DNA of 64,000 bases from Convolutriloba macropyga. Taxonomy: Eukaryota. A program made the position numbers and the translations under genes. The notes beneath the pieces were generated by a model. The model worked only from the letters and a program-made list of their open reading frames with translations. It made no database searches and was not told where the DNA came from. Of this stretch, positions 40,201 through 55,200 are shown one piece after another. The stretch lies in NCBI RefSeq assembly GCF_964194025.1, contig NC_134468.1:17422001-17486000 (forward strand). The letters run 5' to 3'. Position 1 is the first letter of the stretch; every line of letters begins with the position of its first letter.

Positions 40201-43200
40201 GTGACCGTTTACGTTTTTCGCCAGGTATATGTTTAATCATTGAAAAACGTTATAGTATCGTAACACAAAACGTATGATTGACTATATTGTGTGTACTATA
40301 TGTTTTTTCTCTCTCAGTTGATTACTGACATTTGGTTTTTTGTGTCCTTGCTACCTATTAATGATTCAAAGTGAATGGACTCACAGAAAAGTCTCATTTA
40401 CAGAACAAAAAGTCGATTATAACATTATATAGCATAAGCAGGAACGCTCTGGTTGCTTTTTTATGACCTATTTTAGTGTTTACCAAGTGATTCACACTTG
40501 GTGTGAATAGAATGAACCATTGAAACGATGATTAAAACTTTTTTGGGGAAACGAGTCTTTCAAACATGTTATCGACGGTAAAGTTAATATGAAACATTCC
40601 GATTAGGCCCGAGAGAAAAATAATTTTAAGGCAAAAAATTTTTGGAACCTATTTTTCTTCCATAACCTGTGTGTTAGCTTCAGTAGCAGTGCCGTTAAGC
40701 TATAGGATTACTTTACAAGGGATTAGAAGGTTGATAAAAGTGACCGTTTGCGTTTTTCGCCAGGTACATGTTTAATCATTGAAAAACGTTATAATATCGT
40801 AACACAAAACGTATGATTGAGTATATTGGGTGTACTATATGTTTTTTCTCTCTCAGTTGATTACTGACATTTGGTTTTTTGTGTCCTTGCTACCTATTAA
40901 TGATTCAAAGTGAATGGACTCACAGAAAAGTCTCATTTAAGGAACAAAAAGTCGATTATAACATTATATAGCTTAAGCAGGAACGCTCTGGTTGCTTTTT
41001 TATGACCTATTTTAGTGTTTACCAAGTGATTCACACTTGGTGTAAATAGAATGAACCATTGAAACGATGATTAAAACTTTTTTGGGGAAACGAGTCTTTC
41101 AAACATGTTATCGACGGTAAAGTTGATATGAAACATTCCGATTAGGCCCGAGAGAAAAATAATTTTAAGGCAAAAAATTTTCGGAACCTATTTTTCTTCC
41201 ATAATCTGTGTGTTAGCTTCAGTAGAAGTGCCATTAAGCTATAGGATTACTTTACAAGGGATTAGAAGGTTGACAAAAGTGACCGTTTACGTTTTTCGCC
41301 AGGTACATGTTTAATCATTGAAAAACGTTATAATATCGTAACACAAAACGTATGATTGACTATATTGGGTGTACTATATGTTTTTTCTCTCTCAGTTGAT
41401 TACTGAAATTTGGTTTTTTGTGTCCTTGCTACCTATTAATGATTCAAAGTGAATGGACTCACAGAAAAGTCTCATTTACAGAACAAAAAGTCGATTATAA
41501 CATTATATAGCATAAGCAGGAACGCTCTGGATGCTTTTTTATGACCTATTTTAGTGTTTACCAAGTGATCCACACTTAGTGTGAATAGAATGAACCATTG
41601 AAACGATGATTGAAACTTTTTTTGGGAAACGAGTATTTCAAACACGTTATTGACGTTAAAGTTGATATGAAACATTCAGATTAGGCCCGAGAGAAAAATA
41701 ATTTTAAGGCAAAAAATTTTTGGACCCTATTTTTCTTCCTTATTCTGTGTGTTAGCTTCAGTAGAAGTGCCGTTAAGCTATAGGATTACCTTAAAAGGGA
41801 TTAGAAGGTTGATAAAAGTGACCGTTTACGTTTTTCGCCAGGTACATGTTTAATCATTGAAAAACGTTATAATATCGTAACACAAAACGTATGATTGACT
41901 ATATTGTGTGTACTATATGTTTTTTCTCTCTCAGTTGATTACTGACATTTGATTTTTTGTGTCTTTGCTACCTATTAATGATTCAAAGTGAATGGACTCA
42001 CAGAAAAGTCTCATTTAAGGAACAAAAAGTCGATTATAACATTATATAGCATAAGCAGGAACGCTCTGGATGCTTTTTTTTGACCTATTTTAGTGTTTAC
42101 CAAGTGATTCACACTTAGTGTGAATAGAATGAACCATTGAAACGATGATTAAAACTTTTTTGGGGAAACGAGTCTTTCAAACATGTTATCGACGGTAAAG
42201 TTAATATGAAACATTCCGATTAGGCCCGAGAGAAAAATAATTTTAAGGCAAAAAATTTTTGGAACCTATTTTTCTTCCTTATTCTGTGTGTTAGCTTCAG
42301 TAGAAGTGCCGTTAAGCTATAGGATTACCTTAAAAGGGATTAGAAGGTTGATAAAAGTGACCGTTTACGTTTTTCGCCAGGTACATGTTTAATCATTGAA
42401 AAACGTTATAATATCGTAACACAAAACGTATGATTGACTATATTGGGTGTACTATATGTTTTTTCTCTCTCAGTTGATTACTGACATTTGGTTTTTTGTG
42501 TCCTTGCTACCTATTAATGATTCAAAAAGAATGGACTCACAGAAAAGTCTCATTTGAGGAACAAAAAGTCGATTATAACATTATATAGCATAAGCAGGAA
42601 CGCTCTGGTTGCTTTTTTATGACCTATTTTAGTGTTTACCAAGTGATTCATACTTGGTGTCAATAGAATGAACCATTGAAACGATGATTAAAACTTTTTT
42701 GGGGGAACGAGTCTTTCAAACATGTTATCGACGGTAAAGTTAATATGAAACATTCCGATTAGGCCTGAGAGAAAAATAATTTTAAGGCAAAAAATTTTTG
42801 GAACCTATTTTTCTTCCATAATCTGTGTGTTAGCTTCAGTAGAAGTGCCATTAAGCTATAGGATTACTTTACAAGGGATTAGAAGGTTGACAAAAGTGAC
42901 CGTTTACGTTTTTCGCCAGGTACATGTTTAATCATTGAAAAACGTTATAATATCGTAACACAAAACGTATGATTGACTATATTGGGTGTACTATATGTTT
43001 TTTCTCTCTCAGTTGATTACTGAAATTTGGTTTTTTGTGTCCTTGCTACCTATTAATGATTCAAAGTGAATGGACTCACAGAAAAGTCTCATTTACAGAA
43101 CAAAAAGTCGATTATAACATTATATAGCATAAGCAGGAACGCTCTGGATGCTTTTTTATGACCTATTTTAGTGTTTACCAAGTGATCCACACTTAGTGTG

Positions 43201-46200
43201 AATAGAATGAACCATTGAAACGATGATTGAAACTTTTTTTGGGAAACGAGTATTTCAAACACGTTATTGACGTTAAAGTTGATATGAAACATTCAGATTA
43301 GGCCCGAGAGAAAAATAATTTTAAGGCAAAAAATTTTTGGACCCTATTTTTCTTCCTTATTCTGTGTGTTAGCTTCAGTAGAAGTGCCGTTAAGCTATAG
43401 GATTACCTTAAAAGGGATTAGAAGGTTGATAAAAGTGACCGTTTACGTTTTTCGCCAGGTACATGTTTAATCATTGAAAAACGTTATAATATCGTAACAC
43501 AAAACGTATGATTGACTATATTGTGTGTACTATATGTTTTTTCTCTCTCAGTTGATTACTGACATTTGATTTTTTGTGTCTTTGCTACCTATTAATGATT
43601 CAAAGTGAATGGACTCACAGAAAAGTCTCATTTAAGGAACAAAAAGTCGATTATAACATTATATAGCATAAGCAGGAACGCTCTGGATGCTTTTTTTTGA
43701 CCTATTTTAGTGTTTACCAAGTGATTCACACTTAGTGTGAATAGAATGAACCATTGAAACGATGATTGAAACTTTTTTGGGGAAACGAGTATTTCAAACA
43801 CGTTATTGACGTTAAAGTTGATATGAAACATTCCGATTAGGCCCGAGAGAAAAATAATTTTAAGGCAAAAAATTTTTGGACCCTGTTTTTCTTCCTTATT
43901 CTGTGTGTTAGCTTCAGTAGAAGTGCCGTTAAGCTATACGATTACCTTAAAAGGGATTAGAAGGTTGATAAAAGTGACCGTTTACGTTTTTCGCCAGGTA
44001 CATGTTTAATCATTGAAAAACGTTATAATATCGTAACACAAAACGTATGATTGACTATATTGTGTGTACTATATGTTTTTTCTCTCTCAGTTGATTACTG
44101 ACATTTGGTTTTTTGTGTCCTTGCTACCTATTAATGATTCAAAGTGAATGGAGTCACAGAAAAGTCTCATTTACAGAACAAAAAGTCGATTATAACATTA
44201 TATAGCATAAGCAGGAACGCTCTGGATGCTTTTTTATGACCTATTTTAGTGTTTACCAAGTGATTCACACTTAGTGTGAATAGAATGAACCATTGAAACG
44301 ATGATTGAAACTTTTTTTGGGAAACGAGTATTTCAAACACGTTATTGACGTTAAAGTTGATATGAAACATTCCGATTAGGCCCGAGAGAAAAATAATTTT
44401 AAGGCAAAAAATTTTTGGACCCTATTTTTCTTCCTTAATCTGTGTGTTAGCTTCAGTAGAAGTGCCGTTAAGCCATAGGATTATCTTAAAAGGGATTAGA
44501 AGGTTGATAAAAGTGACCGTTTACGTTTTTCGCCAGGTACATGTTTAATCATTGAAAAACGTTATAATATCGTAACACAAAACGTATGATTGACTATATT
44601 GGGGGGAATATCTGCTTTATCCCTCTCAATTGGTTACTTGAATTTGGTTCTTTGTGTCTTTGCTACCTATTAATGATTCAAAGTGAATGGACTCACAGAA
44701 AAGTCTCATTTACAGAACAAAAAGTCGATTATAACATTATATAGCATAAGCAGGAACGCTCTGGATGCTTTTTTTATGACCTATTTTAGTGTTTACCAAG
44801 TGATTCACACTTGGTGTGAATAGAATGAACCATTGAAACGATGATTAAAACTTTTTTGGGGAAACAAGTCTTTCAAACATGTTATCGAGGGTAAAGTTGA
44901 TATGAAACATTCCGATTAGGCCCGAGAGAAAAATAATTTTAAGGCAAAAAATTTTTGGACCCTATTTTTCTTCCTCAATCTGTGTGTTAGCTTCAGTAGA
45001 AGTGCCGTTAAGCTATAGGATTACCTTAAAAGGGATTAGAAGGTTGATAAAAGTGACCGTTTACGTTTTTCGCCAGGTACATGTTTAATCATTGAAAAAC
45101 GTTATAATATCGTAACACAAAACGTATGATTGACTATATTGGGTGTACTATATGTATTTTCTCTCTCAGTTGATTACTGACATTTGATTTTTTGTGTCCT
45201 TGCTACCTATTAATGATTCAAAGTGAATGGACTCACAGAAAAGTCTCATTTACAGAACAAAAAGTCGATTATAACATTATATAGCATAAGCAGGAACGCT
45301 CTGGATGCTTTTTTATGACCTATTTTAGTGTTTACCAAGTGATTCACACTTGGTGTGAATAGAATGAACCATTGAAACGATGATTAAAACTTTTTTGGGG
45401 AAACAAGTCTTTCAAACATGTTATCGACGGTAAAGTTGATATGAAACATTCCGATTAGGCCCGAGAGAAAAATAATTTTAAGGAAAAAAGTTTTTGGACC
45501 CTATTTTTCTTCCTTATTCTGTGTGTTAGCTTCAGTAGAGGTGCCGTTAAGCTATAGGATTACCTTAAAAGGGATTAGAAGGTTGATAAAAGTGACCGTT
45601 TACGTTTTTCGCCAGGTACATGTTTAATCATTGAAAAACGTTATAATATCGTAACACAAAACGTATGATTGACTATATTGGGTGTACTATATGTATTTTC
45701 TCTCTCAGTTGATTACTGACATTTGATTTTTTGTGTCCTTGCTACCTATTAATGATTCAAAGTGAATGGACTCACAGAAAAGTCTCATTTACAGAACAAA
45801 AAGTCGATTATAACATTATATAGCATAAGCAGGAACGCTCTGGTTGCTTTTTTATGACCTATTTTAGTGTTTACCAAGTGATTCACACTTGGTGTGAATA
45901 GAATGAACCATTGAAACGATGATTAAAACTTTTTTGGGGAAACGAGTCTTTCAAACATGTTATTGACGTTAAAGTTGATATGAAACATTCCGATTAGGCC
46001 CGAGAGAAAAATAATTTTAAGGCAAAAAATTTTTGGACCCTATTTTTCTTCCTTATTCTGTGTGTTAGCTTCAGTAGAAGTGCCGTTAAGCTATAGGATT
46101 ACCTTAAAAGGGATTAGAAGGTTGATAAAAGTGACCGTTTACGTTTTTCGCCAGGTACATGTTTAATCATTGAAAAACGTTATAATATCGTAACACAAAA

Positions 46201-49200
46201 CGTATGATTGACTATATTGTGTGTACTATATGTTTTTTCTCTCTCAGTTGATTACTGAAATTTGGTTTTTTGTGTCCTTGCTACCTATTAATGATTCAAA
46301 GTGAATGGAGTCACAGAAAAGTCTCATTTACAGAACAAAAAGTCGATTATAACATTATATAGCATAAGCAGGAACGCTCTGGATGCTTTTTATGACCTAT
46401 TTTAGTTTTTACCAAGTGATTCACACTTAGTGTGAATAGAATGAACCATTGAAACGATGATTGAAACTTTTTTTGGGAAACGAGTATTTCAAACACGTTA
46501 TTGACGTTAAAGTTGCTATGAAACATTCCGATTAGGCCCGAGAGAAAAATAATTTTAAGGCAAAAAATTTTTGGACCCTATTTTTCTTCCTTAATCTGTG
46601 TGTTAGCTTCAATAGAAGTGCCGTTAAGCTATAGGATTATCTTAAAAGGGATTAGAAGGTTGATAAAAGTGACCGTTTACGTTTTTCGCCAGGTACATGT
46701 TTAATCATTGAAAAACGTTATAATATCGTAACACAAAACGTATGATTGACTATATTGGGGGACTATCTGCTTTATCCCTCTCAATTGGTTACTTGAATTT
46801 GGTTCTTTGTGTCTTTGCTACCTATTAATGATTCAAAGTGAATGGACTCACAGAAAAGTCTCATTTACAGAAGGAACAAAAAGTCAATTATAACATTATA
46901 TAGCATAAGCAGGAACGCTCTGGTTGCTTTTTTACGACCTATTTTAGTGTTTACCAAGTGATTCACACTTAGTGTGAATAGAATGAACCATTGAAACGAT
47001 GATTAAAACTTTTTTGGGGAAACGAGTCTTTCAAACTTGTTATCGACGGTAAAGTTAATATGAAACATTCCGATTAGGCCCGAGAGAAAAATAATTTTCA
47101 GGCAAAAAATTTTTGGAACCTGTTTTTCTTCCATAATCTGTGTGTTAGCTTCAGTAGAAGTGCCGTTAAGCTATAGGATTACTTTACAAGGGATTAGAAG
47201 GTTGATAAAAGTGACCGTTTACGTTTTTCGCCAGGTACATGTTTAATCATTGAAAAACGTTATAATATCGTAACACAAAACGTATGATTGACTATATTGG
47301 GTGTACTATATGTTTTTTCTCTCTCAGTTGATTACTGACATTTGGTTTTTTGTGTCCTTGCTACCTATTAATGATTCAAAGTGAATGGACTCACAGAAAA
47401 GTCTCATTTAAGGAACAAAAAGTCGATTATAACATTATATAGCATAAGCAGGAACGCTCTGGATGCTTTTTTTTGACCTATTTTAGTGTTTACCAAGTGA
47501 TTCACACTTAGTGTGAATAGAATGAACCATTGAAACGATGATTGAAACTTTTTTGGGGAAACGAGTATTTCAAACACGTTATTGACGTTAAAGTTGATAT
47601 GAAACATTCCGATTAGGCCCGAGAGAAAAATAATTTTAAGGCAAAAAATTTTTGGACCCTGTTTTTCTTCCTTATTCTGTGTGTTAGCTTCAGTAGAAGT
47701 GCCGTTAAGCTATACGATTACCTTAAAAGGGATTAGAAGGTTGATAAAAGTGACCGTTTACGTTTTTCGCCAGGTACATGTTTAATCATTGAAAAACGTT
47801 ATAATATCGTAACACAAAACGTATGATTGACTATATTGTGTGTACTATATGTTTTTTCCCTCTCAGTTGATTACTGACATTTGGTTTGTTGTGTCTTTGC
47901 TACCTATTAATGATTCAAAGTGAATGGACTCACAGAAAAGTCTCATTTAAGGAACAAAAAGTCGATTATAACATTATATAGCATAAGCAGGAACGCTCTG
48001 GATGCTTTTTTTTGACCTATTTTAGTGTTTACCAAGTGATTCACACTTAGTGTGAATAGAATGAACCATTGAAACGATGATTGAAACTTTTTTGGGGAAA
48101 CGAGTATTTCAAACACGTTATTGACGTTAAAGTTGATATGAAACATTCCGATTAGGCCCGAGAGAAAAATAATTTTAAGGCAAAAAATTTTTGGACCCTG
48201 TTTTTCTTCCTTATTCTGTGTGTTAGCTTCAGTAGAAGTGCCGTTAAGCTATACGATTACCTTAAAAGGGATTAGAAGGTTGATAAAAGTGACCGTTTAC
48301 GTTTTTCGCCAGGTACATGTTTAATCATTGAAAAACGTTATAATATCGTAACACAAAACGTATGATTGACTATATTGTGTGTACTATATGTTTTTTCCCT
48401 CTCAGTTGATTACTGACATTTGGTTTGTTGTGTCTTTGCTACCTATTAATGATTCAAAGTGAATGGACTCACAGAAAAGTCTCATTTAAGGAACAAAAAG
48501 TCGATTATAACATTATATAGCATAAGCAGGAACGATCTGGTTGCTTTTTTATGACCTATTTTAGTGTTTACCAAGTGATTCACACTTAGTGTGAATAGAA
48601 TGAACCATTGAAACGATGATTGAAACTTTTTTTGGGAAACGAGTTTTTGAAACACGTTATTGACGTTAAAGTTGATATGAAACATTCCGATTAGGCCCGA
48701 GAGAAAAATAATTTTAAGGCAAAAAATTTTTGGATCCTATTTTTCTTCCTTATTCTGTGTGTTAGCTTCAGTAGAAGTGCCGTTAAGCTATAGGATTACC
48801 TTAAAAGGGATTAGAAGGTTGATAAAAGTGACCGTTTACGTTTTTCGCCAGGTACATGTTTAATCATTGAAAAACGTTATAATATCGTAACACAAAACGT
48901 ATGATTGACTATATTGGGTGTACTATATGTTTTTTCTCTCTCAGTTGATTACTGACATTTGGTTTTTTGTGTCCTTGCTACCTATTAATGATTCAAAGTG
49001 AATGGACTCACAGAAAAGTCTCATTTAAGGAACAAAAAGTCAATTATAACATTATATAGCATAAGCAGGAACGCTCTGGTTGCTTTTTTACGACCTATTT
49101 TAGTGTTTACCAAGTGATTCACACTTAGTGTGAATAGAATGAACCATTGAAACGATGATTAAAACTTTTTTGGGGAAACGAGTCTTTCAAACTTGTTATC

Positions 49201-52200
49201 GACGGTAAAGTTAATATGAAACATTCCGATTAGGCCCGAGAGAAAAATAATTTTCAGGCAAAAAATTTTTGGAACCTGTTTTTCTTCCATAATCTGTGTG
49301 TTAGCTTCAGTAGAAGTGCCGTTAAGCTATAGGATTACTTTACAAGGGATTAGAAGGTTGATAAAAGTGACCGTTTACGTTTTTCGCCAGGTACATGTTT
49401 AATCATTGAAAAACGTTATAATATCGTAACACAAAACGTATGATTGACTATATTGGGTGTACTATATGTTTTTTCTCTCTCAGTTGATTACTGACATTTG
49501 ATTTTTTGTGTCCTTGCTACCTATTAATGATTCAAAGTGAATGGACTCACAGAAAAGTCTCATTTAATCAACAAAAAGTCGATTATAACATTATATAGCA
49601 TAAGCAGGAACGCTCTGGTTGCTTTTTTATGACCTATTTTAGTGTTTACCAAGTGATTCACACTTGGTGTGAATAGAATGAACCATTGAAACGATGATTA
49701 AAACTTTTTTGGGGAAACGAGTCTTTCAAACATGTTATTGACGTTAAAGTTGATATGAAACATTCCGATTAGGCCCGAGAGAAAAATAATTTTAAGGCAA
49801 AAATTTTTTGGACCCTATTTTTCTTCCTTATTCTGTGTGTTAGCTTCAGTAGAAGTGCCGTTAAGCTATAGGATTACCTTAAAAGGGATTAGAAGGTTGA
49901 TAAAAGTGACCGTTTACGTTTTTCGCCAGGTACATGTTTAATCATTGAAAAACGTTATAATATCGTAACACAAAACGTATGATTGACTATATTGTGTGTA
50001 CTATATGTTTTTTCTCTCTCAGTTGATTACTGACATTTGATTTTTTGTGTCTTTGCTACCTATTAATGATTCAAAGTGAATGGACTCACAGAAAAGTCTC
50101 ATTTAAGGAACAAAAAGTCGATTATAACATTATATAGCATAAGCAGGAACGCTCTGGATGCTTTTTTTTGACCTATTTTAGTGTTTACCAAGTGATTCAC
50201 ACTTAGTGTGAATAGAATGAACCATTGAAACGATGATTGAAACTTTTTTGGGGAAACGAGTATTTCAAACACGTTATTGACGTTAAAGTTGATATGAAAC
50301 ATTCCGATTAGGCCCGAGAAAAATAATTTTAAGGCAAAAAATTTTTGGACCCTGTTTTTCTTCCTTATTCTGTGTGTTAGCTTCAGTAGAAGTGCCGTTA
50401 AGCTATACGATTACCTTAAAAGGGATTAGAAGGTTGATAAAAGTGACCGTTTACGTTTTTCGCCAGGTACATGTTTAATCATTGAAAAACGTTATAATAT
50501 CGTAACACAAAACGTATGATTGACTATATTGTGTGTACTATATGTTTTTTCTCTCTCAGTTGATTACTGACATTTGGTTTTTTGTGTCTTTGCTACCTAT
50601 TAATGATTCAAAGTGAATGGACTCACAGAAAAGTCTCATTTAAGGAACAAAAAGTCGATTATAACATTATATAGCATAAGCAGGAACGATCTGGTTGCTT
50701 TTTTATGACCTATTTTAGTGTTTACCAAGTGATTCACACTTGGTGTGAATAGAATGAACCATTGAAACGATGATTAAAACTTTTTTGGGGAAACTAGTCT
50801 TTCAAACATATTATCGACGGTAAAGTTAATATGAAACATTCCGATTAGGCCCGAGAGAAAAATAATTTTAAGGCAAAAAATTTTTGGAACCTACTTTTCT
50901 TCCATAATCTATGTGTTAGCTTCAGTAGAAGTGCCGTTAAGCTATAGGATTACTTTACAAGGGATTAGAAGGTTGATAAAAGTGACCGTTTACGTTTTTC
51001 GCCAGGTACATGTTTAATCATTGAAAAACGTTATAATATCGTAACACAAAACGTATGATTGACTATATTGTGTGTACTATATGTTTTTTCTCTCTCAGTT
51101 GATTACTGACATTTGGTTTTTTGTGTCTTTGCTACCTATTAATGATTCAAAGTGAATGGACTCACAGAAAAGTCTCATTTAAGGAACAAAAAGTCGATTA
51201 TAACATTATATAGCATAAGCAGGAACGATCTGGTTGCTTTTTTATGACCTATTTTAGTGTTTACCAAGTGATTCACACTTGGTGTGAATAGAATGAACCA
51301 TTGAAACGATGATTAAAACTTTTTTGGGGAAACTAGTCTTTCAAACATATTATCGACGGTAAAGTTAATATGAAACATTCCGATTAGGCCCGAGAGAAAA
51401 ATAATTTTAAGGCAAAAAATTTTTGGAACCTACTTTTCTTTCATAATCTATGTGTTAGCTTCAGTAGAAGTGCCGTTAAGCTATAGGATTACTTTACAAG
51501 GGATTAGAAGGTTGATAAAAGTGACCGTTTACGTTTTTCGCCAGGTACATGTTTAATCATTGAAAAACGTTATAATATCGTAACACAAAACGTATGATTG
51601 ACTATATTGGGTGTACTATATGTATTTTCTCTCTCAGTTGATTACTGACATTTGATTTTTTGTGTCCTTGCTACCTATTAATGATTCAAAGTGAATGGAC
51701 TCACAGAAAAGTCTCATTTAAGGAACAAAAAGTCGATTATAACATTATATAGCATAAGCAGGAACGCTCTGGTTGCTTTTTTATGACCTATTTTAGTGTT
51801 TACCAAGTGATTCACACTTGGTGTGAATAGAATGAACCATTGAAACGATGATTAAAACTTTTTTGGGGAAACGAGTCTTTCAAACATGTTATCGACGGTA
51901 AAGTTAATATGAAACATTCCGATTAGGCCCGAGAGAAAAATAATTTTAAGGCAAAAAATTTTTGGACCCTATTTTTCTTCCTCAATCTGTGTGTTAGCTT
52001 CAGTAGAAGTGCCGTTAAGCTATAGGATTACTTTACAAGGGATTAGAAGTTTGATGAAAGTGACCGTTTACTTTTTTCGCCAGGTACATGTTTAATCATT
52101 GAAAAACGTTATAATATCGTAACACAAAACGTATGATTGACCATATTGGATGTACTATATGTTTTTTCTCTCTCAGTTGATTACTGGCATTTGGTTTTTT

Positions 52201-55200
52201 GTGTCCTTGCTACCTATTAATGATTCAAAGTGAATGGACTCACAGAAAAGTCTCATTTACAGAACAAAAAGTCGATTATAACATTATATAGCATAAGCAG
52301 GAACGCTCTGGATGCTTTTTTATGACCTATTTTAGTGCTTACCAAATGATTCACACTTAGTGTGAATAGAATGAACCATTGAGACGATGATTAAAACTTT
52401 TTTGGGGAAACGAGTCTTTCAAACATGTTATTGACGTTAAAGTTGATATGAAACATTCCGATTAGGCCCGAGAGAAAAATAATTTTAAGGCAAAAAATTT
52501 TTGGACCCTATTTTTCTTCCTTATTCTGTGTGTTAGCTTCAGTAGAAGTGTCGTTAAGCTATAGGATTACCTTAAAAGGGATTAGAAGGTTGATAAAAGT
52601 GACCGTTTACGTTTTTCGCCAGGTACATGTTTAATCATTGAAAAACGTTATAATATCGTAACACAAAACGTATGATTGACCATATTGGATGTACTATATG
52701 TATTTTCTCTCTCAGTTGATTACTGACATTTGATTTTTTTGTCCTTGCTACCCATTAATGATTCAAAGTGAATGGACTCACAGAAAAGTCTCATTTAAGG
52801 AACAAAAAGTCGATTATAACATTATATAGCATAAGCAGGAACGCTCTGGTTGCTTTTTTATGACCTATTTTAGTGTTTACCAAGTGATTCACACTTGGTG
52901 TGAATAGAATGAACCATTGAAACGATGATTAAAACTTTTTTGGGGAAACGAGTCTTTCAAACATGTTATTGACGTTAAAGTTGATATGAAACATTCCGAT
53001 TAGGCCCGAGAGAAAAATAATTTTAAGGCAAAAAATTTTTGGACCCTATTTTTCTTCCTTATTCTGTGTGTTAGCTTCAGTAGAAGTGCCGTTAAGCTAT
53101 AGGATTACCTTAAAAGGGATTAGAAGGTTGATAAAAGTGACCGTTTACGTTTTTCGCCAGGTACATGTTTAATCATTGAAAAACGTTATAATATCGTAAC
53201 ACAAATTGTATGATTGACTATATTGTGTGTACTATATGTTTTTTCTCTCTCAGTTGATTACTGACATTTGGTTTTTTGTGTCCTTGCTACCTATTAATGA
53301 TTCAAAGTGAATGGAGTCACAGAAAAGTCTCATTTACAGAACAAAAAGTCGATTATAACATTATATAGCATAAGCAGGAACGCTCTGGATGCTTTTTTAT
53401 GACCTATTTTAGTGTTTACCAAGTGATTCACACTTAGTGTGAATAGAATGAACCATTGAAACGATGATTGAAACTTTTTTTGGGAAACGAGTATTTCAAA
53501 CACGTTATTGACGTTAAAGTTGATATGAAACATTCCGATTAGGCCCGAGAGAAAAATAATTTCAAGGCAAAAAATTTTTGGACCCTATTTTTCTTCCTTA
53601 ATCTGTGTGTTAGCTTCAGTAGAAGTGCCGTTAAGCTATAGGATTATCTTAAAAGGGATTAGAAGGTTGATAAAAGTGACCGTTTACGTTTTTCGCCAGG
53701 TACATGTTTAATCATTGAAAAACGTTATAATATCGTAACACAAAACGTATGATTGACTATATTGGGGGGACTATCTGCTTTATCCCTCTCAATTGGTTAC
53801 TTGAATTTGGTTCTTTGTGTCTTTGCTACCTATTAATGATTCAAAGTGAATGGACTCACAGAAAAGTCTCATTTACAGAACAAAAAGTCGATTATAACAT
53901 TATATAGCATAAGCAGGAACGCTCTGGATGCTTTTTTATGACCTATTTTAGTGTTTACCAAGTGATTCACACTTGGTGTGAATAGAATGAACCATTGAAA
54001 CGATGATTAAAGTTTTTTTGGGGAAACAAGTCTTTCAAACATGTTATCGACGGTAAAGTTGATATGAAACATTCCGATTAGGCCCGAGAGAAAAATAATT
54101 TTAAGGCAAAAAATTTTTGGACCCTATTTTTTTCCTCAATCTGTGTGTTAGCTTCAGTAGAAGTGCCGTTAAGCTATAGGATTACCTTAAAAGGGATTAG
54201 AAGGTTGATAAAAGTGACCGTTTACGTTTTTCGCCAGGTACATGTTTAATCATTGAAAAACGTTATAATATCGTAACACAAAACGTATGATTGACTATAT
54301 TGGGTGTACTATATGTATTTTCTCTCTCAGTTGATTACTGACATTTGATTTTTTGTGTCCTTGCTACCTATTAATGATTCAAAGTGAATGGACTCACAGA
54401 AAAGTCTCATTTACAGAACAAAAAGTCGATTATAACATTATATAGCATAAGCAGGAACGCTCTGGATGCTTTTTTATGACCTATTTTAGTGTTTACCAAG
54501 TGATTCACACTTGGTGTGAATAGAATGAACCATTGAAACGATGATTAAAACTTTTTTCGGGAAACAAGTCTTTCAAACATGTTATCGACGGTAAAGTTGA
54601 TATGAAACATTCCGATTAGGCCCGAGAGAAAAATAATTTTAAGGAAAAAAATTTTTGGACCCTATTTTTCTTCCTTATTCTGTGTGTTAGCTTCAGTAGA
54701 AGTGTCGTTAAGCTATAGGATTACCTTAAAAGGGATTAGAAGGTTGATAAAAGTGACCGTTTACGTTTTTCGCCAGGTACATGTTTAATCATTGAAAAAC
54801 GTTATAATATCGTAACACAAAACGTATGATTGACTATATTGGGTGTACTATATGCATTTTCTCTCTCAGTTGATTACTGACATTTGATTTTTTGTGTCCT
54901 TGCTACCTATTAATGATTCAAAGTGAATGGACTCACAGAAAAGTCTCATTTACAGAACAAAAAGTCGATTATAACATTATATAGCATAAGCAGGAACGCT
55001 CTGGATGCTTTTTTTTACCTATTTTAGTGTTTACCAAGTGATTCACACTTGGTGTGAATAGAATGAACCATTGAAACGATGATTAAAACTTTTTTGGGGA
55101 AACAAGTCTTTCAAACATGTTATCGACGGTAAAGTTGATATGAAACATTCCGATTAGGCCCGAGAGAAAAATAATTTTAAGGCAAAAAATTTTTGGACCC